Source: a virus
Taxonomy: Duplodnaviria > Caudoviricetes
DNA: 64,000 nucleotides
IMG/VR virus record: IMGVR_UViG_3300028833_000144
Location: 10,008 to 74,007 of that record
Reading direction: 5' to 3' (one strand)
Positions 47,778 through 57,906 of this stretch are shown in pieces. Each line of letters begins with the position of its first letter. The stretch's first letter is position 1. The notes under the pieces were generated by a model. The model saw only the letters and a program-made list of their open reading frames with translations. It was not told where the DNA came from and did no database searches. Position numbers and translations under genes: made by a program.

Positions 47778-49391
47778 TTACCTATAAGAAACGGAAGCCC
47801 CGACGTCCCCGTACGCAGAAGACGCAGTGTTGCTCAGAAAAAGATAGAACGCACCGCAAGAAGCCGCATCGTTGTAGCAAGCACCGCCGCGAACCGCGTA
47901 TCTTTTACCTGTTGTCGTGACATAGAAGTAGTCTTTATATCTTGTCGAAGATGAAGAACTTATTTCCTTATCATAGAATGAGCCGTCCTCATTGAAGTAC
48001 ATCTTCTGAACAAAGTTCTGTGCGGGTGCGGTATCATTCTGCGTAAGGTAATTCGTTCCTTCTGTGTTATAGTCAGAAGCCGCAGAGCCGTCAGCCGTAC
48101 TCTTTGTCAACTTATATTTCCACACATTATCATCGAGAATAAGTCCACAGAAGCGTCTCATCTGGTTAGACCATTGATTCTCCATGCCGAACACTTTCAC
48201 ACCGTAGTCATTCGTGTTGCTACCCCAGAACATACCCTTTGTGTCCATAGTGCCTGTACCAAGCATAGATGAAACGGCTGAAGTCTGCCTGCACCTACCG
48301 TTACCAAACTTACCGCTTGTGTCGAGCGACTTACTTATGAGAATAAGTAAGTAAGACATGACGATGTAATCACAGTAGACTTCCGTGTCCCAACCGCTAC
48401 CATTCCTCTGTGCCATTGTTCTTTCAACTGTTACGGTCTTACTCTGGCACAAGTCCTTATAGGTCTTGCCACTCAATGAACGGAGAACATCATTCGTTCC
48501 GTCATTGACGATAGAGCCGTTGTAAATCGGTGTGTAGAAATGTTCCACAGCATTTCCGTTATCATCGAGATTAGACCATGCGTGATACTGTCCGTCAAGT
48601 TTCCTATCAGAGATATAAACCGAAACAGAAGCGTCATCGTTAGCGTCAGGAACTACCTTATACCATATCTTACCCCACTCCATCATGGCGTTTCCGTCAT
48701 AAGCGTCATTCGCTATATCAGAAGCCGTGCCGTCCTCTTTCTTTGAGTAATCGTTCTTATCGAGGTAGTAATCAACTGTTCCGTCAGATTTCAGCATACA
48801 AGGGCGAGGCATGAAGAAAGCATTTTCCCAAGAGCCGTAAACAAACTTGTCATTAGTGTAGTCCATGTAAGCAGGTGTCATGCCTACTGCGTCCTCAAGG
48901 TAGGTAACTGCGTCATCTGCGTCCGTCTCGGCACTATCAATATGGAACCCGTAGCATATCTTCTTTCCGTCCACCTGATAGAGAGTGTCGCCTATCTTGA
49001 GAGTAGAGAGCGAGGCGGCGGGCGTGCCGTCAGCGTTACCTTCAACGTGTCCACTTATCTTATCGCTTGACCAAGTAAGAGCCGTACTTATAACACTATC
49101 ATCAATAACAGAAGGCTCGTTAGCCGAAGGCACAAGCACCCAAGACGAGCCGTCAGAAACAAAAGTATCTCCCGCTTTTGCCGTCTGCCCCGCATATGTG
49201 CCGTCTGTTATGACGATATACACAAAACCTTCGTTAGAACTTGAAGCTGTAGGTAGAGTTGTTATCGTTCCGCCTGTGCCAAGAGTTCCCTTAAAAATCA
49301 TAGGCAAGGGAAGTGCGTCTATGCGTTCATTGGCAACTTTGGCTCTCTTTAATGCGGCAACGGCAAGTGCAAATGTTGTATCGTTATCCAT
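47778..49391 (-). CDS. Tail fibre / receptor-binding protein with CLec (DGR-target-like) C-terminus
   Basis: FGMENQWSNQ, AVRGGACYN..CGAFYLFLSNTASSAYGDVGASVSY. Confidence 0.75.
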   Translation of the reverse strand: MDNDTTFALAVAALKRAKVANERIDALPLPMIFKGTLGTGGTITTLPTASSSNEGFVYIVITDGTYAGQTAKAGDTFVSDGSSWVLVPSANEPSVIDDSVISTALTWSSDKISGHVEGNADGTPAASLSTLKIGDTLYQVDGKKICYGFHIDSAETDADDAVTYLEDAVGMTPAYMDYTNDKFVYGSWENAFFMPRPCMLKSDGTVDYYLDKNDYSKKEDGTASDIANDAYDGNAMMEWGKIWYKVVPDANDDASVSVYISDRKLDGQYHAWSNLDDNGNAVEHFYTPIYNGSIVNDGTNDVLRSLSGKTYKDLCQSKTVTVERTMAQRNGSGWDTEVYCDYIVMSYLLILISKSLDTSGKFGNGRCRQTSAVSSMLGTGTMDTKGMFWGSNTNDYGVKVFGMENQWSNQMRRFCGLILDDNVWKYKLTKSTADGSAASDYNTEGTNYLTQNDTAPAQNFVQKMYFNEDGSFYDKEISSSSSTRYKDYFYVTTTGKRYAVRGGACYNDAASCGAFYLFLSNTASSAYGDVGASVSYR

Positions 49392-49402
49392 ACCCTACCT
49401 CC

Positions 49403-49603
49403 TTATAACCAATGCCATGTTCCATCTGAGTCACAAATGCCGACATCGCCATCAACAGTTACGGCTGTGGAGCCAAATCCCAGTTCATAATCTCCCACTG
49501 TCAGCTCGTCCGTGACTTCCACCTTTGTGTCAGCGACAACAGTCGCGATCACTTTTCCACTCTCTGCGTTTCTCTGCTGGATTCCTACCATTCTAACTGC
49601 CAT
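49403..49603 (-). CDS. Small tail-associated protein
   Basis: FGSTAVTVDGDV..DSDGTW family motif. Confidence 0.55.
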   Translation of the reverse strand: MAVRMVGIQQRNAESGKVIATVVADTKVEVTDELTVGDYELGFGSTAVTVDGDVGICDSDGTWHWL

Positions 49604-49625
49604 TTTCTTGATCTCCTTTGTATTT

Positions 49626-51060
49626 TTAATTTTCTGTTATTTCATAGATTAAGGTCATTGTGTGGTTCAGGTTCTTATCAACGAAATCCACACTGTTCAA
49701 GTTATATACTGTTGATACCCATGGGAAGAACGCATCCAGTGAGCAGGTCCAGTTCGCAGCTGCGGGCCTGTTGGAGTCCATCTTCATGATATTCGTTCCA
49801 TACAGATCACCACTGTGGATGCCCTGAAGCAGATTGCCCTGCACGTGGTAATCGTTCAGATTCGTTCTGTACCACTTATCGTTGTGCCAGTAGAGTGCCG
49901 ACGTGCCGTTCCTCAGCGCCTTGTAGCGGTCTCCGTTTGGAAGACCTATCCATACTCCGTTCTTATCTGAAGCGATCGGATCGTCACAAACTTCAGTCCA
50001 TGACGAATCTGAAAGACCACACTGAACGACTTTCAACACGGAATTGACTTCTGCGACTGCATACAGATATGGAACTCCGTTATCGTATTCGATCCACATT
50101 CCGTCCTTAACATTCGTGGTAAAATCGACCAGGCTTCCCGCCCAGGTCGGGAATGTCAGCCCGGTGTAAGTCCTCGAATAAGTCGTGACCAGTGTGAAGT
50201 CTGATGGATCAATCACATAGTCAACAAGCTGATTGGATCCAACATTCACGAAGATATAGTGAAGCAGATTCCCGACATACACGACTGTCGTGTTCTCGAA
50301 AATGTGTCTTTCTGACATAGCATAAGGAATGCCACTCTCCATGCTGATGATGTGAGTGCTTCCGATCTGCTCCCGGATATCGAGGGAAGCACCGGTCAGA
50401 TGCAGGATCTTCGTGTTGAGTGCATACTCTTCAATCTTGATCTCACCCTCTGTCGTGTCCCCTTCATACCAAACCTTATAACCAATCTCGCGCTCGTAGT
50501 CGATGACGGTCAGCTTCATGAGGTCATTTGACATCGCGACAGTTCCGTTTGAAAGAGACTCGTTCGCGAAAGTCATGGGAAGAGTCGGATCGTCTTCATA
50601 GTCGAGGTTGCCCGCGACCTTGAAGTGTACTTTTGCCAGATTCGGCCTGGTTAAACACACGGACTCGATATGTCCGTTTCCGTGGGTTTCGTTCCATCTC
50701 CACACGAACCTATATCCACCGGTTATCGGACCGGTCATGCCTGAAGAGTTATCAGCTGAACCTCTTCTCAGGTTGTTTCCTGTGTAAGCATCGTTGCCCG
50801 CCGTGGCGACGATCTCCGCATCACCGGCGACCATGCCAAAAGTGTCGCCTGCTGTCGGGTTCGCCTTATCAGTGAGGATGCAGCCACCGAACCAGTTCTG
50901 CGCAACGGGCATCATCTTCGTTCTATCCATAATGCCGTTGAAGTCGCCTCTTGAGATAGCCTGAGCAACAAATGGAGTGATGGTATTATGGCCCTCGATT
51001 CTTTTTATAACGCGGTCTGTTCTCGCGTCGTGCAGTTCAAGTCTAACGTGACCTTTCATT
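49626..51060 (-). CDS. Baseplate/tail-tip protein
   Basis: MKGHVRLEL..IEGHNTIT..ETHGNGHIESVCL; ATG at 51060 after AGGAGG. Confidence 0.55.
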
Positions 51061-51721
51061 CTTGCTCCTCCTCCGAGGTGTCTTTGATCTTTATATAATT
51101 CGCCTTGCCGTCGAATTGATGAAGAGCAACACCGCCGTACCACTCGCCGATTTTTATGTCGTTAATCGGGAAGGAATCCCAATACGAGGTAATATGTTCC
51201 CACTCTCCCTCATGTCCTTCCTCCCATTCTTTAGGGACGCCTTGCGGGATTGTGGTGCATATAGAGTTCCAAAAGCCGTGCTCGTCTTGAGTGAATAAGA
51301 TAAAGCCTCCGTCTTTGTTAAAAGAGACGCGGAGCGGTGTATTTCTCCAATCGCCTTCAAAGCGTCTTGATGCGCCTGAAATCTCCCCGATTGCCCGATG
51401 TTTCTCGTCAGAGTCATCGAAATAAATACGACCGAGAATATACACTATCATTCTGTATTTATTCATCGAGAACTCGACAACACGGGTACATTCGTGTGGC
51501 TCGACGCCTGGTCCTGACATCGTGATAAACCCGAACGCGTTGTCGTTGTCGTAGTTTTCCGCGTCTGTATCGAGGCTGAACTCGACCAAAAAGGAACGCC
51601 CGCGCAAATTGATCGTATCGTATGGATCTTCGCTCGAAAAATCGACATTATACAATTCCATGTCCCACTCTGACGGTGCCGGTGGAAGATTCCTGTTCGG
51701 GTATGCTTTGAAAAAAATCAT
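51056..51721 (-). CDS. Tail-associated hypothetical protein
   Basis: Coupled ORF in the tail operon. Confidence 0.55.
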   Translation of the reverse strand: MIFFKAYPNRNLPPAPSEWDMELYNVDFSSEDPYDTINLRGRSFLVEFSLDTDAENYDNDNAFGFITMSGPGVEPHECTRVVEFSMNKYRMIVYILGRIYFDDSDEKHRAIGEISGASRRFEGDWRNTPLRVSFNKDGGFILFTQDEHGFWNSICTTIPQGVPKEWEEGHEGEWEHITSYWDSFPINDIKIGEWYGGVALHQFDGKANYIKIKDTSEEEQE

Positions 51722-52059
51722 CCTATTATCCTCACTGTTACAACCAGGTCATACGAGAGTTCCGGGAATGTCAGATTGAGGACTCCCGGAACAGCCTGCT
51801 CATTAGTCGGATAAACTCCGCGCGGAACTGTGAAATACTCAATGCAGGAACCGTCTTTGATATGAGGATCTTGGAAGAGGAGCGAAGTCTCACCTGCTTC
51901 CAAGGTCGCCTGCAACTTTGTAATGCACGAACCGACTATATCTTTTGGAGTCGTGCTATATGAACCATATGCACCGTTGACCAAGTTATCCGTCGCAAGC
52001 ATCGAGGTCTCGGAATCGAGTGTCCCACTCGGGAGCTGATTAATCTCCACATTTGCCAT
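51718..52059 (-). CDS. Tail-associated hypothetical protein
   Basis: MANVEINQLP N-terminus typical of fibre-related proteins. Confidence 0.55.
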   Translation of the reverse strand: MANVEINQLPSGTLDSETSMLATDNLVNGAYGSYSTTPKDIVGSCITKLQATLEAGETSLLFQDPHIKDGSCIEYFTVPRGVYPTNEQAVPGVLNLTFPELSYDLVVTVRIIG

Positions 52060-53765
52060 TATTCATTCCCTCCTGATATAACAATATTGTCACCACCTAC
52101 TGTGGCGATTCCGTCACCTGATACAGTCGATAGATAGAAAGTTTCCGTGCTCTGCTCTGTGGTGAGTGTCACACTCTCGGTCAGGTCTGAATTGAAGACA
52201 GGACCGGAAACGAGAGGCGTGTATTCGTCTGTAAGTGAAAGATATCCATCTTCTCCGCCTGTGGAAGCATCCATCTTCTGTCCCATTAACAGGGCATGAA
52301 CATCGCCTGCCGCAATAGTCGCGGAACCTGAGTCGATGGAAGCTGCAACCTTGAATCTGTGAACGACTCCCGGAGCGACATTGACGAGCCAGTAGTCTCC
52401 CTTGAAGAGATGATATCCGTTCTCTCCATAAGTATTGATAGGTTCATACTCGATCAAACCGCCATCATAGTAGTAATGCAGTTTGACCTTCTGCGTGGTT
52501 CCATCAAGAGCTGACAGGATCTTCAGCTCGTGCCACAAGGTTACGGTTGTTTGGTCAGCTGTTGCGAAATAAATCTCATATATCTTCTTTTCTGTATGCG
52601 ATAGCGAGATAGCATCTGCGTTTATAAACGGGTAATAAGTGATCCCTTGCGACTTGCTGTTCTTCGCATTTGAAGCGATCTGCTTCTCTTCTTTGCTCAT
52701 TACGGTTGAAGCTGCCGGATTCTCTCCATAGCCTTCGATGACGGTGCAGTCCATCTTGATCGTGTAAGACATGATGACTCCGATAGAATTTGCACCGATG
52801 CCGCCCGTGAAGCGAATAACATCGCCAAGGTCATAGGCAGGATTCGGAAGAATCGACACAGAGAACGGTGTCGCGTTGAATGGTTCCAGCGAATCAATGA
52901 CAGCCTGTCTCTGTCTATCAAGGTCCGCATCCTCACCGTACTGCAAGAATGGGTTCGTGCCGATCTTCATAGTCAGTCCGCCGCTTCTGGTATTGAAGTA
53001 GAGCGAAATGGTGTCATCGACCATGTTCTGAACTTCGAGATCTGAATAGAAACTCGTGTAATCGGAGAACGAAGTCGAATATCTCAACTTCGCGGGAATC
53101 TCGTCAGTGATGACCGATGTGTCCGGCATCGGCCTGAAGACCAGATATCCGGACCTGTCTATTGTGGCGAAGCATCCAACCGCAGCTGCAAGTTGTGACA
53201 GCATATCGCGGTAAGTCATGATGGACGAGCCTCCGACAAGTGTCAGAGTCTCTGTCCCGTTCGGGAGTGCTTCACATTCTGCCTGTGTCATTTCCAGAGT
53301 CGCGCTGCATTCAGTGCAGATCAGGGAAAGCAAATCGAATAAGCTCCCCGATGTTGTATTGAATTGAGCAGTCTTATCGAACAGGCTCATATTGTCGTAA
53401 GCCACGACTTTGAGTCCTGCATCGCTCCATACTGCCTGTTCTATCGTGAACACTCCAATCGGAATGTATTCGAAGGAACTGTCTTCAAGCTCCACACCGA
53501 ACGAGATCGTGATGGAGAGTCCTCTCCAAGAGCCTCGGATGTTCATAGTGTTGGCGAATGCTTCCGTGAAAGTCAGGTCTAATTCGCCGACATACACGCC
53601 GCCAAGCTCGATCTCTGTTGCGGGGCAAAACTGATTCTTATAGACGAACGAATTGCGAATGATATCGCCATCATCGAAGGACGTGCCTCGGACGGTTCCT
53701 GATATCTTATGCGCCCGCGCGTTACTTGCAATCGCGGTCAAATAGTCGTTCGATACGGAATACAT
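52059..53765 (-). CDS. Tail-associated (Tal/hub-like) protein
   Basis: MYSVSNDYL..IELGGVYVGEL..YIPIGVFTI..AYDNM; follows the Dit-like gene. Confidence 0.7.
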   Translation of the reverse strand: MYSVSNDYLTAIASNARAHKISGTVRGTSFDDGDIIRNSFVYKNQFCPATEIELGGVYVGELDLTFTEAFANTMNIRGSWRGLSITISFGVELEDSSFEYIPIGVFTIEQAVWSDAGLKVVAYDNMSLFDKTAQFNTTSGSLFDLLSLICTECSATLEMTQAECEALPNGTETLTLVGGSSIMTYRDMLSQLAAAVGCFATIDRSGYLVFRPMPDTSVITDEIPAKLRYSTSFSDYTSFYSDLEVQNMVDDTISLYFNTRSGGLTMKIGTNPFLQYGEDADLDRQRQAVIDSLEPFNATPFSVSILPNPAYDLGDVIRFTGGIGANSIGVIMSYTIKMDCTVIEGYGENPAASTVMSKEEKQIASNAKNSKSQGITYYPFINADAISLSHTEKKIYEIYFATADQTTVTLWHELKILSALDGTTQKVKLHYYYDGGLIEYEPINTYGENGYHLFKGDYWLVNVAPGVVHRFKVAASIDSGSATIAAGDVHALLMGQKMDASTGGEDGYLSLTDEYTPLVSGPVFNSDLTESVTLTTEQSTETFYLSTVSGDGIATVGGDNIVISGGNE

Positions 53766-53766
53766 A

Positions 53767-54132
53767 TCAGTCCTCCAAGTCTTCCAGTTTGAAGCTCACT
53801 TTGTAAAATCGAGTCGTCGCAGTCTCAAGAATCAGGTCAGCGGAATAGTTCGTCATGAAGCAGTGCCATGTGACAACAGCGCCACTCGCTTCATTCCATC
53901 GCTTGCAAGTCAGTTTCGAGGCGCGAGAGAGTGCGTCAAGTTTGCCCTTCTCGGTGCCGTCACACTTATAAGCTACGGACAGAGAAGGAATGCCTGTTCT
54001 CACCACTGCTCGAAGAGTTGTTCCTGCTTCTGAAGTCTTCAAAGAATCGACGTTCTTGAAGCTCTCCGAATATTTATCATTCGTTAGATCGAGTGTTATA
54101 TTGTCGAGTTTTAGTGATATTACATTCGCCAT
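53767..54132 (-). CDS. Distal tail (Dit)-like protein (phage B)
   Basis: Directly after the TMP; KTSEAGTTLRAVVR motif. Confidence 0.6.
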   Translation of the reverse strand: MANVISLKLDNITLDLTNDKYSESFKNVDSLKTSEAGTTLRAVVRTGIPSLSVAYKCDGTEKGKLDALSRASKLTCKRWNEASGAVVTWHCFMTNYSADLILETATTRFYKVSFKLEDLED

Positions 54133-54134
54133 GA

Positions 54135-55934
54135 TTAGTTCCCTCTTCTGTATGTCGCGAGCTGGTCAGCTCTGATGAGGATAGTGTCGAGCCTCTCCTG
54201 TCCAATATTGACAGGAATGACGATATTTCCGCCTGTCCCGCTCATATCAGTTATCAGCTCCGGTGCAGCCATAGTCGGGAGTGACAGTGTCCTGTTCAGA
54301 GTCGCCTCGAGCTCAGGACTGCCATCTTCGATTCCTTCAATAAAGGACCTCACGAGTCCTGCACCGCCGTGGACATCCATGTCCGAGAGAGGCCCCTTTT
54401 CGGGAACCGAAAAGTGCAGGTAATCCGATATGCACGAAGCCAAATTGCTCGCTGCGTCGCTTAAATTTCCGAACATCGAGCGGACGCCATCGATCAGGTT
54501 CTGAACCATGTCGATGCCCCACTCAAGCGCGTTGGATGCGAGCTGTGGCCCGAGCTGTCCAAACTCTTCAAGCATGGATGTGATGAGTGTCGGGATCTCG
54601 GCGAGGATGGTCGGTGTTGCCTGGATGAGACCTTCAACGATTCCGAAGAAGAGGTCCTGTGCCGCAGCGATGATCTCATCAAGGTGTTCCATTAATGTCT
54701 CAGTTATCGTGTAGATACACTGAATTACGGCCGGGATAAGTTCAGGAAGTGCGTTGGCAATTCCTTCCGTAACGGCGATGATAATCAAAACTGCCGAATC
54801 GATCACGGTTGGTAAATTTTCAATCAAAAATTCGACCAGCCTGACGATGAGGTCTGCCGCCACAGGTGCCAGCTGAGGAAGGACAGCAATTATCCCTTCA
54901 CAGATGGCGAACAGGACTTCTCCCGCGCCGCTCAGGATGGTCGGTAAATTCGCAATTAAGGCATTTGCCAGAGTTATGATGATCGTTGTCGCGATATTAA
55001 CCAGTGTTGGAAGATAGGTAGAGATCAGGCTCGTGAGCTGAGGGACGATCGTGTCAAACACGGCTCCCATCTGTGTGATATCGCCGTTTGCCGCAAGGAT
55101 GCCCTGCGTAAACTGACCGAGTAAGTCAACACCGCTGGTCCCCATCTCTGTGAGGATCGGGAGCAATATCGTGCCAAGTGCATTCTGTGCAGCCTGCATA
55201 CCTGAATCGAGCTGATGCGTCACATCGTCAAAAGCGCCAAATGCTTCGAGTGTATCTCCATCAAGGATTGCACCCGCTTCCTGCGCTTGCTGTGCGTATT
55301 GTGCCATTCCATCAGATCCAACTGCTATGAGACTGTTCAAGTCTTGAGCTGACCGTCCGAAAATTTGCATGGAAAGTGCATCGCGCTGTGTATAGTCATC
55401 GACCTGACCGAGTGCGTCAATCAACTCCCAGTAAACAGTCTGCGAGTCTCTCAAGTTACCGTCTGAATCAGTGACCGCAACTCCGAGTGCTGCATAAGCA
55501 TCGGCGACGGCTCCTGTGCCGTCTGCTGCACTGTTCATGCTTCGAACATTTCGTGCCATGGAAGAAGTCAAGGTCTCTGTTGAAACATCGACTAACTCTG
55601 CCGCATACATATACGCTTGAAGGTCTTCAGTGGCGATATGAGTATTCGTGCTCATGGTAAGAACTTCATCGGCATACGCACCGCCCTGTGCCGTGAAATT
55701 AGCCAGGGCTGTCGCGCCTTCAGCAAGTCCGCTTGCTATCTGGGAACCGATGGACAGAGCGATGGAACCCGCACCGAGCAAAGCGGAGGAAAACGCATCA
55801 CCAAAGTCCGCACCGCCTGCCGAGCCCTGCGATGAAAAATCAACACCGGATAACTCGGAAGCGATCGTCTCCTGTGCGCCTTCCATTGATGGCACGATCG
55901 TCACATAGGCTCTCGCGAGTTCAATATTCGGCAT
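54135..55934 (-). CDS. Tape measure protein (short, 599 aa)
   Basis: ELARAYVTIVPS (r1t-like start); amphipathic repeats; HFSVPEKGPLS. Confidence 0.85.
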   Translation of the reverse strand: MPNIELARAYVTIVPSMEGAQETIASELSGVDFSSQGSAGGADFGDAFSSALLGAGSIALSIGSQIASGLAEGATALANFTAQGGAYADEVLTMSTNTHIATEDLQAYMYAAELVDVSTETLTSSMARNVRSMNSAADGTGAVADAYAALGVAVTDSDGNLRDSQTVYWELIDALGQVDDYTQRDALSMQIFGRSAQDLNSLIAVGSDGMAQYAQQAQEAGAILDGDTLEAFGAFDDVTHQLDSGMQAAQNALGTILLPILTEMGTSGVDLLGQFTQGILAANGDITQMGAVFDTIVPQLTSLISTYLPTLVNIATTIIITLANALIANLPTILSGAGEVLFAICEGIIAVLPQLAPVAADLIVRLVEFLIENLPTVIDSAVLIIIAVTEGIANALPELIPAVIQCIYTITETLMEHLDEIIAAAQDLFFGIVEGLIQATPTILAEIPTLITSMLEEFGQLGPQLASNALEWGIDMVQNLIDGVRSMFGNLSDAASNLASCISDYLHFSVPEKGPLSDMDVHGGAGLVRSFIEGIEDGSPELEATLNRTLSLPTMAAPELITDMSGTGGNIVIPVNIGQERLDTILIRADQLATYRRGN

Positions 55935-55940
55935 ATCGAA

Positions 55941-56366
55941 TCAGCTCCTTTTCTTGTAGTTCTTTATCCACTCCCGGAGTTCTGACTTCGGGAGAGCACC
56001 TTTGCCGATCTTCTTGGTCTTGGTCTTGCCCTCGCTCCAAGGTCGCGGCATAGGTGTTATCTTTGAGGCTTTCTTGTGGCTGAATCCGGCACACAGGTTC
56101 GCATTGATCTGTGATAAAACATCGAATATATCTGCCAGAAGTGCGTTCGTCCTCAAAGTAGTAGCCCACAGTGCGGTGTCTTCGTGAGTTGATCGCCAAA
56201 GTGCCGAATCAAAGTTATTCGGAAGAGCTTTGACGAACGAAGAGAAAGCTCCCATCGACAGGGAGCTTCCAACTTCGCTTAACTCGATACCGGCTGAGGT
56301 TATCAAGTCATATTCAATCGCCTCTTTGTGTCCATTCACGAACTCGCAGAGGCTTGCGATTCCCCC
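55941..56366 (-). CDS. Tail assembly chaperone, frameshifted second part
   Basis: -1 frame relative to the TAC at GGGGGAA; EAIEYDL..LWRS..LLADIFD. Confidence 0.7.
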   Translation of the reverse strand, partial: GGIASLCEFVNGHKEAIEYDLITSAGIELSEVGSSLSMGAFSSFVKALPNNFDSALWRSTHEDTALWATTLRTNALLADIFDVLSQINANLCAGFSHKKASKITPMPRPWSEGKTKTKKIGKGALPKSELREWIKNYKKRS

Positions 56367-56710
56367 AGGGAGATCCCCTGGAACTTCAGAGCGGCTTCCT
56401 GCCATGCGTTGAATAACGCGATCAGGTCTTCCACCGCCCAATCCTTAAATCCTAATCTCTCAAAGACTTCCTTCGGGATGATTGACTCATATATATCAAT
56501 CAGCTCGTTAAAGACTTTCGAATTTGCTTCGAGTTTCTCTGAATTGCTCCCGTTACCCTTGATGATCTCCGTGAGCTTCGTGATATTCGCGAGCTTGTCA
56601 TATAAGCCCGTCGGCATCGACGCGCCCATAGGGAGCGAGATTACTTCTTCGTCTATCTCCACATTGAAATAAACTTTCTTCTTCTTCTGGAACTTGAAAA
56701 CCTCAGCCAT
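56336..56710 (-). CDS. Tail assembly chaperone
   Basis: Between tail tube and TMP. Confidence 0.7.
   Translation of the reverse strand: MAEVFKFQKKKKVYFNVEIDEEVISLPMGASMPTGLYDKLANITKLTEIIKGNGSNSEKLEANSKVFNELIDIYESIIPKEVFERLGFKDWAVEDLIALFNAWQEAALKFQGISLGESQASASS
56360..56366 (-). other. -1 programmed frameshift site GGGGGAA
   Basis: CTG GGG GAA in the TAC frame, GGG GGA in the downstream frame; same heptamer as the mycobacteriophage L5 TAC site. Confidence 0.7.
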
Positions 56711-56724
56711 TTTTCCGTATCTCC

Positions 56725-57255
56725 TTAAATCGTCTGTCCGTCATCGCAAACGAGTGTCCAGTTGCCCTGGATGGTAACTTCCCACTCGATTGCTTCGTCA
56801 TTCTTGAATGTGACATCGCCAAGCTCACTGATGAGACCATTGGATGTGCCAAGAATCTTCATGTCGTCGCCGTCCTTCATTACGAAAAGGAAAGCAGCAG
56901 CGGCAGGCTTGGCATCCGTGTCGATCGTGAGGAGCTTGCCATGGTCCGCAGTAGCGGCGGTCTCGGTGACAGAACCGAAGATCGCTGTGAGTGCAGCCTT
57001 CGTTGTGTCCATGATCTTAGCTGAAACTGTTGCGGGATCAGCGCCGGGAATAACTCTCTTCGGCTGACCTGCCCAGTTCTTGAGTGTGTCGCTGTCGCGA
57101 GGTGTGAAAGTGATACCATCTGCGTCGATATCACCAACTTCTGTCCATGCTGTCAGATCATCACCCGGATATGTGGGGAGAGCTGTGTTAGCAGGTGCAG
57201 TGTAAAACATACCGGAAGCATAACCGCCTCCGAGCTGAACTTCATTTGAAGCCAT
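56725..57255 (-). CDS. Major tail tube protein
   Basis: FYTAPANTALPT..VGDIDADGIT..ELGDVTF; r1t-like. Confidence 0.8.
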   Translation of the reverse strand: MASNEVQLGGGYASGMFYTAPANTALPTYPGDDLTAWTEVGDIDADGITFTPRDSDTLKNWAGQPKRVIPGADPATVSAKIMDTTKAALTAIFGSVTETAATADHGKLLTIDTDAKPAAAAFLFVMKDGDDMKILGTSNGLISELGDVTFKNDEAIEWEVTIQGNWTLVCDDGQTI

Positions 57256-57260
57256 ATCGT

Positions 57261-57653
57261 TTACCTCCTGTTAATAGTTGTTTTCTCTTGATGTGCTACG
57301 ATTCTTAATCTGGCGGAGCACATAGCCAGGTCAGGCCGAACAGGATCGCTCCCCCATGAGCCTGATGAATTAACTTCGATAAATCGAATCGCTGTTGTTT
57401 GGTCTTTTGCCACTTGTTTCAAAACACCGATCGCGTTTCTCAACTGTTCGTCTGCGTCAGCTGGTTCCTTCGCTCTCGAATCAAGAACGATGTCGAATGT
57501 GTCGATCGTGTTAGCGTCCGTTCCGCCGACTCTCTGAACTTCGAGAGACGGCACGGTGAACTTTGACGGAAGAGGTCGGCAGTAAATAGTGAAGTAGTCA
57601 GATAAAGCCAGTCTGACGATGTTCTCGATATCAATACTTCGTAATATTTCCAT
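57261..57653 (-). CDS. Tail terminator
   Basis: VQRVGG...DPVRPDL motif; position. Confidence 0.7.
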   Translation of the reverse strand: MEILRSIDIENIVRLALSDYFTIYCRPLPSKFTVPSLEVQRVGGTDANTIDTFDIVLDSRAKEPADADEQLRNAIGVLKQVAKDQTTAIRFIEVNSSGSWGSDPVRPDLAMCSARLRIVAHQEKTTINRR

Positions 57654-57654
57654 A

Positions 57655-57903
57655 TCAATACACCGCCTGACTCAATACTTTGTCTTCCGCTTCAGCCTGT
57701 GCGCTTGCCTCGTCTGTGGTTCCTGCGAACGCGATGTAACGAGTCCCCGCCTTGACTGAGTGTGCCTGGAAACTATCAAGACCGCTTGCCGAATTTGCCC
57801 GTTCCGCGATCATGGTCGCCTTTTCAGTGACCAGCTGTTCCACTTCGGGAGAGTTAAGGAGCTGACGGAAGCCGTCTGAATTGAAGACTAATCTCACACT
57901 CAT
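57655..57903 (-). CDS. Neck protein
   Basis: FNSDGFRQLLNSPEV; position. Confidence 0.6.
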   Translation of the reverse strand: MSVRLVFNSDGFRQLLNSPEVEQLVTEKATMIAERANSASGLDSFQAHSVKAGTRYIAFAGTTDEASAQAEAEDKVLSQAVY

Positions 57904-57906
57904 AGA

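Noticed and set aside
47700-49391. Active DGR
   Set aside because: No reverse transcriptase, avd gene or full-length TR in the window; only a 26-nt remnant.
56367-56441. Independent start for ORF 55941-56441
   Set aside because: It overlaps the TAC in the -1 frame without an RBS; better explained by the frameshift at 56360-66.
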